DNA of 64,000 nt. Source: Antedon mediterranea (taxonomy: Eukaryota; Animalia; Echinodermata). Below the pieces are notes generated by a model. The model did not search any database, was not told where the DNA came from, and saw nothing but the letters and a program-made list of their open reading frames with translations. Position numbers and translations under genes: made by a program. Below are positions 25,201 through 37,072 of this stretch, piece by piece; position 1 is the first letter of the stretch, and each line of letters opens with the position of its first letter. The stretch covers positions 22,258,001 through 22,322,000 of the forward strand of contig NC_092674.1 in assembly GCF_964355755.1 (NCBI RefSeq). Reading direction: 5' to 3'.

Positions 25201-28200
25201 CTCAGATCATATTTGCTGTTTCACCGCGTTTGTTTAATTTTATATTATTTCAGCTGAACCAATCTTCCAATGATATTTTATAGTTAAGTGTATCTAAGGA
25301 TTGACCTTTAGACAGTATCTTTATTATTTATTCCTTTCAATACAATTGATACCATACATTGTATTGCTATTAGAATAGTGAAAGGTATAACATTAAAGCA
25401 TACCATAAACTGGTCTAATGGAAAGATGTCTGCATTCATGCAGAGTAATCCGGGTTCAAATCTAGGTGGAGCGATTTTTCTTTATTTGTCATAGATTAAA
25501 TCGTATTCAACGATTCTAAATTAATTAATTTTCAGCAATCACTGGCAGGTATAGAGTTTCTCTGCCTGTGAATTTATTAATATTAATAATCTTATATATT
25601 ACACATCAATCACATGCAATATGAATTTTGGTTAATTTAGTCTGGTGGTATTGTACTTTTTTTGTTGTAATTTTTTTCTCCTAAATGTGTTCATTTTTAT
25701 TTGTTTTGTATTTCTAATAATAAATAATTCAGATTATTATTCATGTTTCAATCATTAAAACAAGGCCATATACTTGGCTGTAGTCGCGTGCACAAATTTG
25801 AGTTAGTATTTACCAAACGACCAACCGACAGACGTAGTTATTTATTGTTTTATTTATCATTATTATCATTGTTGTTTTTTCAGACTTGAAAGTAATTCAC
25901 CAGAAAATAGTCATAATTACCCACTAGGTGCATTCCTGTGTCTGTATGCTGCTATTACAACATTCTGTTATCTTTTAATTATTAACCCATTATTCCATCA
26001 AGTAAGGAAAATAATTAATTATAGATAAAACATACAAGAGTGTATATTTTACCCCCTTATATTCACACTTGCTGTGTCACAATGAAAAGACATACTTCTA
26101 AATAACTAAAACCTAACCTTCTAAATAATCGCTCTTGTATTTTTAAAACAAACCCTCCAAATAATCTACTTCACAATCACGAAAAAAAGGCATTAAATGT
26201 GTTTGAATCCATGTAAAACAATACCCGTAGTTCAGCTTTTGTACTAGCATTGCTACCATTCTTCCATGTACAATAGCTGCCTATAGAAGATAGCTATCTA
26301 TTAATGCTCTGTCATGCTTCATAGCTCCCTCTATAATTATGCAAATTTCCTTGTACCTAGGAAAATAATTAAACTACTCAGTAGGCTACTACTAAAAATA
26401 GTGTTAAAGAAAATCTATCACTTATAGCACTTTACAATACAAAGAATACTTAAAATTTCACAAACATTTTCTTAATGATTATAGTATAGTGGTCTCTGAC
26501 AAAGCATTGTTAGAAATGAGATTGAATCAATTTCATCTCAGGCCTGTACAATAATGGGCTTGATTACTTTCTGTCACTCACTCCCTTCATTCTTTTGAGG
26601 TTGGACATTGAAATTGGTATATCTACAAAATATCTACAAAAGTATCAAATAGATAAAATATTTAGTTGTTAGCTAAACAAACTATTATTATTTAAGACAT
26701 GTTTAGATTAGGATTTATCTTTGATGTGTTATCTGCTCATTATTCTTATTAAATGAATAAATTAATATATATTTTTGTTCATAGGCAGCATATGGCACCC
26801 TGGTAACTGGATTGTTACTGCGTATGATATATTGCGTCAAGTAAGTGAATGATTTATATTGCAGTTTTCTTTATTTTTAGACTGCTCATTAAACAGGTTT
26901 TAGCTACATAACAAAACTTTAAGAGAGTACTAAACTTGATATTGATAATACTATCAGAATAATGTTTTATTGCAATATGATGTAATAATACAATAAATAC
27001 TGTATATGATATATATAGTATTTGAGAATATCCAACCATACGTTCTCGTTGCCGTTGTCTCTAAGTGTATAACTTAGTAGTATACAAATATTTACTGGGC
27101 TGAGGGGCATGGGGACTCCATCTCGAATATAGTATAGCCTCCAGATCACCTTAGGCTATATTTTTTAGCCCAGTAAATATTTGTTTTATATACCGTACCA
27201 TGCAATTCAGCTAGGCTAGGCCGAAGCGAAGCATAACATAGACTTGTTTGGAGTAAGCCTAGCTCTAAGCTAGTGGCACAGTTTTGCTGCTAAGAAGCAA
27301 ACATCAACAAACGGCATTTAATAATTTGTCGCTTCCAGATACGCAATAAATATTCCCAAAAATGCTTGTAGGCTATAGGCTAAGAGCTAACTACACACAA
27401 GCGTCGCGAGTGTGGATTTATTGTATTAAAGATATTTATAAGATAAAGGAAACAGACATGTTTAGCCGGTTTGAGGGCATGGCAATAACTATATCGGTGA
27501 TTAACCACTCAGATGCTGTGAATTGAAAGGTGCCGGAAACCACCAATCGGGGGAGGATCCATGCGTTCCCACCTTTTGATGGGAAATTAAATATGAATAT
27601 GTACTACTTTTTTATTTCTATTTTTGAATGACTATTAATATTATATGCAATCGTTCCCCTGCCAATTGTTTCTATATGACTGAAATATATATATTTAATT
27701 TCTGAACACAACATTAACCGTGCCATCGTTTTCTTTTATTTTTAGATATGAGGGATTTTCTAAGAGCTTATTTTTGTTTTCTACAGTAATATATGGCACA
27801 GGATTTATTATTTGGAACATTGATAATATATTTTGTCCAAATGTCAGGTACCTGTTAATCATTATATTTAAGATAATAATGTGTGTTTATAACCATATAT
27901 ATCACAGTCACAAAGAATTGTATAACAACATTCTAGAATCTCACTGGTTTCCTAAATCATTTTGGTCTTTAAACGCTGTGAAAAAAATCAGTAAACAGGG
28001 TGTTATAAATATTTATTTTTTAGTGTACTCTAGTGTGTGCCATTTACTATATTCCACATTTAAAATATAATGTGCCCATATATGGACACAATGACGTCAT
28101 ACCACTACCATATTTAGGCACATCAAACTTTTTTATTAAACTAGTTTGATGATGGTGACAAAGATCTTTTTTTGCTCATATAGATCTCTAAGAGACACTT

Positions 28201-30070
28201 TACCAGTATACGTTGCTCCAGTCACTCAGTTACATGCATGGTGGCATGTATTTGCAGGCCTAGGAACTCAAGCTAATATTGCATTTGGAATTGCTCTTAG
28301 GTATAAGTTTTTAAAGAGAAAGTGCATTATTTGGGTAAGTAAGAGAGTCTGTGGCAATACAATCAGTTAGAGTATTAATATTTGACTTACAATAACAAAC
28401 TAAACCTTTTAAGGCATCAACTTGGCTGGAACAACCTCAAGGCTAGATCCGTCCATTCCTATAGTGCCCATAAAGCCTGTTTTCCTGTCGACGTTAGTTG
28501 ACGCTATCATCGTTAATCGTTAAAAGTTCAACGACGATCGTTTGAAAACGATCAAGTTGAAATGTTAACGATAGCGCGAACATTTGATTTCTAGCGTTGA
28601 ACGTTAGAGTTGAAACTCCTGTTTTCTTTCTCGACGTCGTCGTAACGCGCAAAAATGAATAGAGGACTCCCCCCTGCCTCTAGCAGTAGGCTCACAGTGT
28701 AGGAGACGTGGGCCTAGGCATACTAATATATCTATACTGATGGTTCTTCGTTCTCAGTAGGCCTATCCTAGTCCAAATAGTATTTTGGACTAGGCTGAAG
28801 ACTTTGACCTACCTAATATCCACGCGCCTATTTTCCGGAACATCATTTTATAGTAACTTTGGTAAGGCTAGGCCTAGCTTTGACCACGCCGCGATGCAAC
28901 AAAAATAAAATGTAATCAGCAGAATTTGCCATCAATTATGTGACGTCATGTGCTGTATCGCCATGATGATTGGTCAGTTCTTACGTTTTAGCGTTGCGAT
29001 ATCGCTAGAGTTGAACTGGATTCAACTCTTGCGATTGTCAACGATCGCGACTTGCAGCGTCGATTACCGTCGATTATTACACCTTTTCCTGTAAATCGCC
29101 GACATTTTGTATTGTCGTCGTTAGTTAAAAAAGTCCCCTTTCCTGTAAATCGTTAAAATTTCTATGTTTACATTGAAGATCGCCGATTTTTGTTAATGAT
29201 AGCGTCGAATAACGTCGACAGGAAAACAGGCTTTAGGTTACCGATTGATAAAAAAAAAGATGTAGGAGCTCTGCCTATGTGAACATGATGATTATGTCTT
29301 ATTATAACAATCAATCAATGTAGAATATAAATAAATCAATTTTCATATAGAGAATTTATTATTTGGAAATGTAAAGAGAGGATAACAAATCTGTTCATAT
29401 ATGTCCCTTAAAAAAAACAAGACCATGTTTCTTTAGGTTGTAAATTCCAATTTGATAAACACATAAAAAATGATTCCCATGGACAAACCAGAGATTGCTT
29501 AGTTGGTGGGCTGCTCCAGGGATTGTCAATATCATTTACAGTATATTCACATTATACAGAGAAACATTCAGGCAAAACCCAACAATGTTGAGACTTTCAG
29601 TGTCAACAGTTTCGCCATTTTTCTCTCTCATGTGCCATCCACACCATACAGTTTCCCTCTTGTCTGTATCGGCCATCTTTACCTTCAATCGAGATATTCC
29701 TTTAAATATGTACGCAATTAATTTGTATATGAATTACCTAAACTATGTGGCATACTGATATTATAATAATAATACCCTGGATTTATAAAGTACATAATGT
29801 TGTGAAATCTCTAAGCCCTGTACATATTATTAACTCAATCATTATTGGATCAAACACATGGAAACATACTCCCATGCAGCTAGTAATCAGCGCAAAGTTG
29901 TGTCTTGATCATACCAGGTACCCATTTTTTAACCTGGGTGGAGATATACTTTAACCCAAATTAGTGAGCTATTAAATGCGGTTCTTTTAAAAATATAACC
30001 ATTGTTTTTTCAGAGCCATGGTATAGTTGTTCCATTTGTTCGAGTCTGTCCTTCCGAGCATGCAGAATAA
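19128..30070 (+). CDS. ACER3: Alkaline ceramidase 3-like (CREST family), complete 9-exon gene, 266 aa
   Basis: Exons 19128-19227, 20014-20124, 24066-24118, 25094-25146, 25884-26001, 26785-26840, 27746-27847, 28184-28334, 30014-30070. All introns are GT-AG with consistent phases; total 801 nt. Motifs [49 protein letters not shown]. Confidence 0.95.
19814..19841. mobile_element. P-element-like excision footprint/stub (14 bp between 7-bp TSDs)
   Basis: gttaaat | catagacctccatg | gttaaat. Confidence 0.6.
19876..19972 (+). repeat. ~49-bp tandem duplication
   Basis: tataaatgcctgttt.cactacatcaga.gcactgtcaaccaagcag occurs twice. Confidence 0.85.
20014..20124 (+). CDS. ACER3: ACER3 exon 2 [37 protein letters not shown]
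   Basis: AG/GT sites, phase 1-1. Confidence 0.95.
20435..21564. mobile_element. Nested hAT-like non-autonomous element
   Basis: Imperfect TIR cagggttgtagct / aattacatccctg and GC-rich subterminal repeats; no clean 8-bp TSD seen. Confidence 0.55.
20714..20770. mobile_element. P-element-like stub (43 bp between 7-bp TSDs)
   Basis: cttttac | catggacgt...acctccatg | ctttgac. Confidence 0.55.
24066..24118 (+). CDS. ACER3: ACER3 exon 3 [18 protein letters not shown]
   Basis: SxxxH catalytic motif; AG/GT sites. Confidence 0.95.
24197..24480 (+). repeat. ~118-bp degenerate tandem duplication (2.5 copies)
   Basis: caatttcc.tgacaatgt.attgtcat...attcaatctg..at.aatt.aaaa.aggg..aacaag..tggacac repeated. 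Confidence 0.7.
24597..24745. mobile_element. MITE family A copy
   Basis: Homologous to 3044-3224 (ccactag...gaccaatcacaagcga...ctagtaggaaccaagct). Confidence 0.7.
25094..25146 (+). CDS. ACER3: ACER3 exon 4 [17 protein letters not shown]
   Basis: DELPM motif; AG/GT sites. Confidence 0.95.
25405..25480 (+). mobile_element. Degenerate tRNA-derived SINE head
   Basis: A box tggtctaatgg, B box ggttcaaatct, T-run downstream; no intact cloverleaf. Confidence 0.5.
25757..25840 (-). mobile_element. Partial HINE-like element (same family as 9010-9122)
   Basis: Reverse strand reads gtctgtcggttggtcg...cacgcgact..agcc....tggccttgtttt. Confidence 0.6.
25884..26001 (+). CDS. ACER3: ACER3 exon 5 [39 protein letters not shown]
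   Basis: PxFHQ motif; phase 2-0. Confidence 0.93.
26785..26840 (+). CDS. ACER3: ACER3 exon 6 [18 protein letters not shown]
   Basis: Phase 0-2, gtaagt donor. Confidence 0.92.
27084..27184. repeat. 18-bp inverted repeat (probable transposon relic)
   Basis: acaaatatttactgggct / agcccagtaaatatttgt. Confidence 0.6.
27746..27847 (+). CDS. ACER3: ACER3 exon 7 [33 protein letters not shown]
   Basis: WNIDNIFC motif. Confidence 0.95.
28067..28157 (+). mobile_element. MITE family B partial copy
   Basis: tgtgcccatatatggaca..gacgtcat..cactaccatatttaggcacatca shared with 48702-48865, 55325-55425 and 58064-58200. Confidence 0.7.
28184..28334 (+). CDS. ACER3: ACER3 exon 8 [50 protein letters not shown]
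   Basis: HAWWH Zn-binding motif; gtaagt donor at 28335. Confidence 0.93.
28474..29232. mobile_element. PIF/Harbinger-like non-autonomous element related to 20310-22117
   Basis: Same 22-bp TIR agcctgttttcctgtcgacgtt; flanks TAA/TTA; shared subterminal motifs but different interior. Confidence 0.85.
29870..29945 (-). mobile_element. Possible SINE core remnant
   Basis: Reverse strand ctccacccagg...aaatgggtacctgg resembles a widespread SINE2 central motif. Confidence 0.35.
30014..30070 (+). CDS. ACER3: ACER3 exon 9 [18 protein letters not shown]
   Basis: ttttttcAG acceptor, phase 0, TAA; candidate AATAAA at 30098. Confidence 0.85.
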   Translation, partial: SHGIVVPFVRVCPSEHAE

Positions 30071-30928
30071 GGAGAGGGTTTGGTCATTTACAGTTTTAAT
30101 AAATAAAAAAAACATCAAATTAATTAATAGTGCACCTTTAAAGTAACATGTCTATTATTAAATGGATATTCATACCTGTTGATAATCCATAGATTGTTGA
30201 AATAATCATTTGAATTTCAAAATATTCAACTGATTAGAAAGTGTGAGATTTGAAGTGGGTAGCATGAAAGGATCAGTCAACACAAACTGAAATATCTTCT
30301 ATAACAAATAAAACTTGAAAAGATGAAATTATTTATAATACAAACTTTTGCTTGTTTGTAAATTTAAAAATATTGATAAAATTATGAAATTATTTATATC
30401 TTAAAAATTACCATAATAGAATATTTATATTATGAAGCATTTTGATAAGAAATATTAGTAATGATGAAATGTGTTAAATGTTATTTTTATATATTTAAAT
30501 TGATTAATCAATTGAATTTACAAAATCTTTGTCTTGTTTCTCCCTCCGCATTTTTACTTTTTAACTTGAAACACTACCTCAAACAGAATAATAGTCATGT
30601 CACATTTTTAACTCAATTTTTTACAAGCAGAATATTATAGTATGTTGATATTATATGAAGTATATTCATCGACTTATAGATGTTTTATCCTCATCGATTT
30701 CAAATTTATTATTTTTTACCACCAATTCTAGTGTTACTATTAATGTATAGAAATCTTTGTATGAATTGTTTCTGCACCTTTACTGTAAACTTTGGACAAC
30801 ATATTTCATTCGTGATACATTGATATGAAACCTTTTTTGCGGTGTTTACTAATTAATAAATAAATAGATAATTAATAATGCTATTTTACTTTATCTAGCA
30901 GTAACGTAAAATCTAACTTGTTTATTAA

Positions 30929-31235
30929 AGATGTATTGTCCCCCAAAAAACATGAACAATTAAGATTAATAAAAATTAATTTGAATAAGCAATTTCACAC
31001 TTTCGTTGAAAAAACTAAAAAAATTTTGTTTTTACGTATAAAAAGACAAAATAAACAGTTAAATCAAACCAAAAACTTATTGACTTTCAGTCAATTTGAC
31101 TATTTTTTGCTTTAAATTACAGTTTTTTTAGGTAAAGTTTTTTTTTTCGATACAATTTGTGGTCAAAGTGAATAACTGTTATGTTACATTCAAATGGCAT
31201 ATCCAACAAATATTTTTTCAGGGTACAATACATCT
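30929..31235. mobile_element. Kolobok-like MITE family C
   Basis: ttaa|agatgtattgtccc ... gggtacaatacatct|ttat. Related copies at about 37775-38050, 48975-49270 and 57285-57565 (reverse). Confidence 0.7.
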
Positions 31236-31837
31236 TTATGAAATAGATTCTAGACTGATTCAACTTAGTATTATTAGTAAAAAATTATTTTTTTAACTGT
31301 TACAACAAGAAAAATGCTGTTATGTACTGCAAAAACTTGTTATTGTTTTTATTTGCAATACCTATAAATATTATTAATATCAATTATCTGTTCTTTCAAA
31401 TGTTTTAAAATTGTTTAGTCTAGTTTCTCAATGTGAATGTTGATGTTGTTAATTTAGTTTTTAAAAGTGATTATCAATATTTAAATACTTATGATTGTGA
31501 TTTTAGTACTCCAGGTATGCTAGGCACAAGACTGCCAACTTCTACTGGTTTAATTATTGACCTACATAATCCTTATCTGTGATAGCAGTTGTAGCTAACC
31601 AACTACGCCATGGGTGCAAGAAGCATCTGCTTGATATTGATTCAGGGAAGATTTATACAAATACTCAGGAGAACATTTTGGGAGTAACCTATTCCCATGG
31701 TGTGTATGTATATCTGTAGACTTTAGTGGCATTTGTGTACCTATTGATACATTGTACATTTTCCTTCTTTCCCTTCCCGATGAGTTTGTATTCCCATATC
31801 CTGGGCGTATGTGTGTCCATATCTAGGGCATATAATT

Positions 31838-32445
31838 ATATCAATATCCAGGGTATATATAATATCGAGGGTATATATCAATATCCAGGGTATATATCAA
31901 TACCCAGGGTATATATTAATATCCAGGGTATATATCAATACCCAGGGTATATATCAATATCCAGGGTATATACTGTATCAATATCCAGGGTATATCAATA
32001 TCCAGGGTATATATCAATATCCAGGGTATATATCAATATCCAGGGTATATATCAATACCCAGGGTATATATCAATACCCAGGGTATATATCAATATCCAG
32101 GGTATATCAATATCCAGGGTATATATCAATATCCAGGGTATATATCAATATCCAGGGTGTATATCAATACCCAGGGTATATATCAATATCCAGGGTATAT
32201 ATCAATATCGAGGGTATATATCTATATCCAGGGTATATATCAATATCCAGGGTATATATCAATACCCAGGTTGTATATAAATATCCAGGGTATATATCAA
32301 TACCCAGGGTGTATATCAATATCTAGGGTGTATATCAATATCCAGGGTATATAATAATATCCAGGGTATATATCAATATCCAGGGTGTATATCAATACCC
32401 AGGGTATATATTAATATCCAGAGTATATATCAATATCCAGGGTAC
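31838..32445. repeat. 19-bp minisatellite (tatcaatatccagggtata)n, about 30 copies
   Basis: Periodicity read directly; it explains the three overlapping ORFs at 31726-32354. Confidence 0.95.
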
Positions 32446-34989
32446 ATATATAATAAATAATATATCAATGGGTATAATATGTATCCATATCCAAGTTTTG
32501 TTAAAAGTCCAATCCATGTCCAAAATAGCCATTGGTGTAATATATCCATATTAAGGTAAAATATATCCTTGTTATGGTAATACAAATTACTTTGTAGCGT
32601 TTCCAATTTACATATCTGCATCCAGGATACCCATATCCAGATTATGTAGCCACATTCATGGTATCCATTATATACAATGAATTTATATATCTTCTAAGTT
32701 TGTATAAGATAAGTTTTTATTATATCCACACAACATTTAGGTGGTTCTTATCCATGCTTTACTGTAGTATTATAGGTTCAATTTACATTATAGTTCACTG
32801 GGTTAATTTAAATACAGTATCCAGGGTAGTTTTACATATCCAGGGTTACTTTATGTAAAGTATCCAGGGTATTTGATATTACTAGTGGAACAATGCAGCT
32901 ACATATTGAATGAGCCCTTGTGACAAATATTTAAAGTTCCATCTAGTGACATTTTGATGTACTGTATACACATATGCATATATCAAGAGTTGAGAAACCT
33001 TGTGATCTGGCAATACCTTGAAATAACATGTGGAAATTCCTCTTTGAATTCTAGTTTAATTTCCATTAAATTCTTAAAATAGTATCGACTCCAAGACGCA
33101 TTTGACCGTGACGATAGAAAACATTGAATTGGCCGATAGCCACTATAACTATACTATTGACTATCGGCACGGTCATGAAATAATATAGACATTCCTCTTT
33201 GAATTGTAGTTTGCTAAAGTGTCTTAAATTAAATACAAACTGTAAAATGTTAATAGACTTCAATTTGCTTTTGATATTAATTGTACAGTATTGACATTAG
33301 TATTTTAAGTATTAAAATAAATTATAATTAATATTGTCTTCTCATAATTGTCAATGCTGAATGAAACATCTTCTGTATTCTACTTAAAATGGCAACGTAA
33401 GATAAATATGGTGCTCATCGAATATTTAATTTTTTGTTGGTGTTTACAAATAAAAGTGTTAATCATGCTATTTAAATTTCTGCTTAAATTGAAAAAAAAA
33501 ATCTATACCAATAATTTTAAATGATATTTTTGGACAACTGAATTTATTATTGTGATAATAATAATGAAAAAAAATATGAATGTTAGTCATTTAAGTAGGT
33601 TTTATTTTTATTGAAATTGATTATATTATCAGTTCCATATTTCTAATGTATGTATTCTAGTACTATCGGCACGGTTAGCCGTGTGTATAGTGTACATTTT
33701 TTATTGACACTGTCAACCTTGAAAACAAGGTAGGATTAGATGCACGGCTGACCGTATAGCTTCATGTAACTGGTATTATAATAGTTGGTTTTCTTCTCCA
33801 TTTTTTAAAAGAATATCTCCATTGTTGAATCATACTTTGCACTATCAATGTTGATATGAATCGAGTTTAAGAATTTAGAAGCAATTTCTATACCATACTC
33901 GATGATGACATTAAGTGTTGAAAAGTTTAAATGTTGCATATTAATTTAGAGGTAGGCCTATTTAAGATATAGAAAGTATAATTAAGATTTTTCGCTAGTT
34001 ATTGCAATGTTGTGTTTATGTTTTGCAGCTTTGATCACGCAATTGTTATTGATCATTATACCATGTCATACTTATATATCTTTCACTAGTCCATGTTGAT
34101 ATAATATACCTAACTGAAATGTTTTCCCACGGAATATTTTTATTCCAAAGGAGAGATTTTTTATTAATTAACTGTGCATCATCATGTATGTTTTTGTTGT
34201 TTTTTTTTACTTAGGGACTGAACATAAAGCAACCAAATCTGCTTGATATTAGTTATTTTCATCGTTTATACCACCTAATCTCTGTAGAGCAAGTTTACAC
34301 AATACCTCAAATCTATATCCATCTATTACATATCCACTGCAATGACGTCAAAAATAAACATACAGTTTATACTTGTGGAGCATTGTGATGTTCCAGGCAC
34401 ATTTATTATAATTATACCAAATGTATTATTATAGCGTTAACCATTATATCATACAAACTACAAATATACCTATCACCTATAGATGTTTAAGGTTTTTTTA
34501 AAGTGAGCTTTCGATTTGCGACGACCCCACTAATATAAACCAGAACGGAAATACGTTTATTCATTGTGCGCATGCGGGGACATTGGGACATACTTTGACT
34601 GGATTACTTTTTGTTGGATTTGCCGTTTCATGCTATAACTTTGACACATTGATGCGTATATTCTATGGTTTGTCGAAAATCGAAAGCTTTTTAATTTTAT
34701 TAGTTTAACGTATAGTTTTAACGTTCAGTTGCAATATTCATGTTTACCGATGAATACTAAATTAACATAGTGCAGACCATAATTAACGGAACGGAAGACA
34801 GCGCCTTTTTTTTAATATTGAAAATTGTCTTCTGTTCCGTCGTTTTCCCGGATTCAATAATGTGAATGAGTCTTTACCACAAACATGTTTTTCTTTATGC
34901 TTCCACTCTGAATGTTTTTGTTAGAAACAATTACTGTATGTTGATATCAAATACTGTAATATATTTTGTCTTGTTTTAAGTGTCGTTTA

Positions 34990-35138
34990 AGCTTGGTTCC
35001 CGATATAGAAGCAACGCAAGCGATCGAGTTGTTGACCAATAACAAGCGACAGTTCGAATCATCCCATCGCTTGTGATTGGTCAAATCCATAACATTGCGT
35101 ATACGTCGTTGTTTTACGTCTCTAGTGGGAATTAAGCA
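34990..35138. mobile_element. MITE family A copy
   Basis: agcttggttccc...gaccaataacaagcga / tcgcttgtgattggtc...ctagtgggaattaagc. Confidence 0.75.
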
Positions 35139-35949
35139 TTAGTATTTTAATCATAGTGTTTTTATAAACATTTCGTGTCGTCCTTAACCAATGGTATTTC
35201 CTTCTGTTTCCACCAATAATTTTGTAATTATTATTTTTATTGATAACATAATTTTAATAAGAATTATAAAATTGTGATTATTTTTAATTGAAATAAAAAT
35301 TATTGAAACATAATTATTGCTTTATTTAATCAATGTCATTATTATAATATTGTTGTTTCAAGTTTATTTAGTCATAAAATACAATTTTCAGAAAATAAAT
35401 TAATAAATAATATAATTGCGTGAGGAGCCAAGACTTTAAGTTTGGTCCTCTAGATGTGCTGTGTAGTGATTATAATAAGATCAAAACGGTTAAGTCGGTG
35501 ATTTGTATGCTATTTATGGATTTACAACGGTTTGATGATCTAGGCAAAGTTTGTACAAAATCGATCAACACATTAGGCCTACTGTACATGTTTAAATCAC
35601 ATCAAATTTTACTCTTCCCTGATTAATAATCACTAAAATGATATTAAAATGTACACTAATACCCGACAGCAATCTTCATCTCACGTTGGATAGTATTCAG
35701 TGCTATGCAAATAGGCTTATCATGTCTGTAATAATGTCTTCTTTTTATTAATTTAGTAAAAAACCCTACTCCTACAATAATTTAATTGAATATTCTATTT
35801 AGTTTTTTGTTTTTAATAAACAATTAGCCAAAAAGACCAACGTACACGCGAACATAAATGTATGTGTGTCCCGGAGTTGTAAGCCTAATTTTGATAAAAC
35901 CATTCTTTAAAGGGCCTTTTTCATTAAGCCTAATATATTGAGCACCCAA

Positions 35950-36625
35950 TAGTCCAGATCCATATGTCAAAAAAGTGCCTTCGTGTGCAGATCATAGGGA
36001 AAGTGACAAATTTAGTGATCATAAATAGAATTCTTTTACATTTCTATAACATGTTATTAGGCCTATACAACATATAAATGTAAATTTTTCGAACAATTCC
36101 ACAAAAACAACCCTTTTACGGCCAATAGTTTTTTGAGATTATATAGGAATGTGTACTACCAGTACAGGTGCAAGGTCAATAGAATATTTTGGGTCATTTT
36201 CTTGAAAAAGGTCTTATTTATTAGACAGATTAGAATATACCTTCAGATTAATTTGAGCCTTATTTAAAGTTTGTTATATGATATGTAGGTCAAAGGTAAA
36301 AAATGCCAAAAATCATACTTCCAGCCATTTTTGGACAAACTTTTCCATTATTAGAACGAATATTAATATGCATCTCCCAAATAATTTGACACTAAAATTA
36401 TTTCATTTAATATAAGAGTTGCAAAGATATGACTATTTGTTTTGAATGGGTCAAAACATTCAAATTGAGGTCAGAGGTTAAAGATGAATTTTAGAAATTT
36501 GACAACATGGGTTTTTATAAACCAGCATGATTCAAATATTCATAAAACACAATTTAAAAAAAATGTTTACACTTTCCCCACTGTTTCCCCACGATCTGCA
36601 CACAAATACATAGGGATCTGGACTA
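35950..36625. mobile_element. Non-autonomous DNA transposon upstream of ATP11
   Basis: TIR tagtccagatcc / ggatctggacta plus subterminal gtgtgcagatc.t.gggaaa / tttcccc.cgatctgcacac. Confidence 0.7.
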
Positions 36626-36809
36626 CAACGTTTAGCATCCAATCTCTAGCATTATTAATAATTAGTTAGAAAGATTTAAGCCCAATTTTATTTTAATTTC
36701 ATATATATGTTTTATTTCAGTGTGTTTAACTACCCGCATTTGTGAATAAAAGTTTTAGTTATTGGTTGCAGTTGGGGTCGCTCTTCATAGTAAAGCTGTA
36801 CTTCTTTTT

Positions 36810-36860
36810 GAGCTGACGTACACACTACACACGCTGGTATCTAGCCGGAAGTAAACATTG
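36810..36860 (+). promoter_or_regulatory. Putative ATP11 proximal promoter: overlapping ETS (CCGGAAGT) and Forkhead (GTAAACA) sites plus CRE half-site
   Basis: ccggaagtaaaca at 36845-36857 and tgacgta near 36814, about 190 bp upstream of the ATG in a locally CpG-richer stretch. Confidence 0.4.
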
Positions 36861-37036
36861 TAAAATCTAATTCAGCAGTGTGAATCACCTTTTGTAGACC
36901 GTTATCTATCTCTCCCTGTACAAAGTCCGGTATTTGTTGGTAGTGTTGTCTTCTTCTTTTATGCTTTTGAAAATTCATTTCAGTAATTTTTAGAACTGGG
37001 ATTTAACATCTAAATGTCAGGAGAAATACACGAAGG

Positions 37037-37072
37037 ATGGCTTCGGTTTATAGGTGGATTACAGATACTTTA
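37037..37072 (+). CDS. ATP11: ATP11 exon 1 [12 protein letters not shown]
   Basis: ATG and gtaagt donor; resembles ATP11B MWRWIRQQL. Confidence 0.8.

Noticed and set aside
25405-25480. Possible tRNA gene
   Set aside because: A and B boxes are present but the acceptor and anticodon stems do not pair; treated as a SINE head.
31726-32354. Longest ORFs in the track (184, 171 and 65 aa; IYQYPGYISISRVYINIQG repeats)
   Set aside because: Translation of a stop-poor 19-bp minisatellite in all three frames; no splice or homology support.
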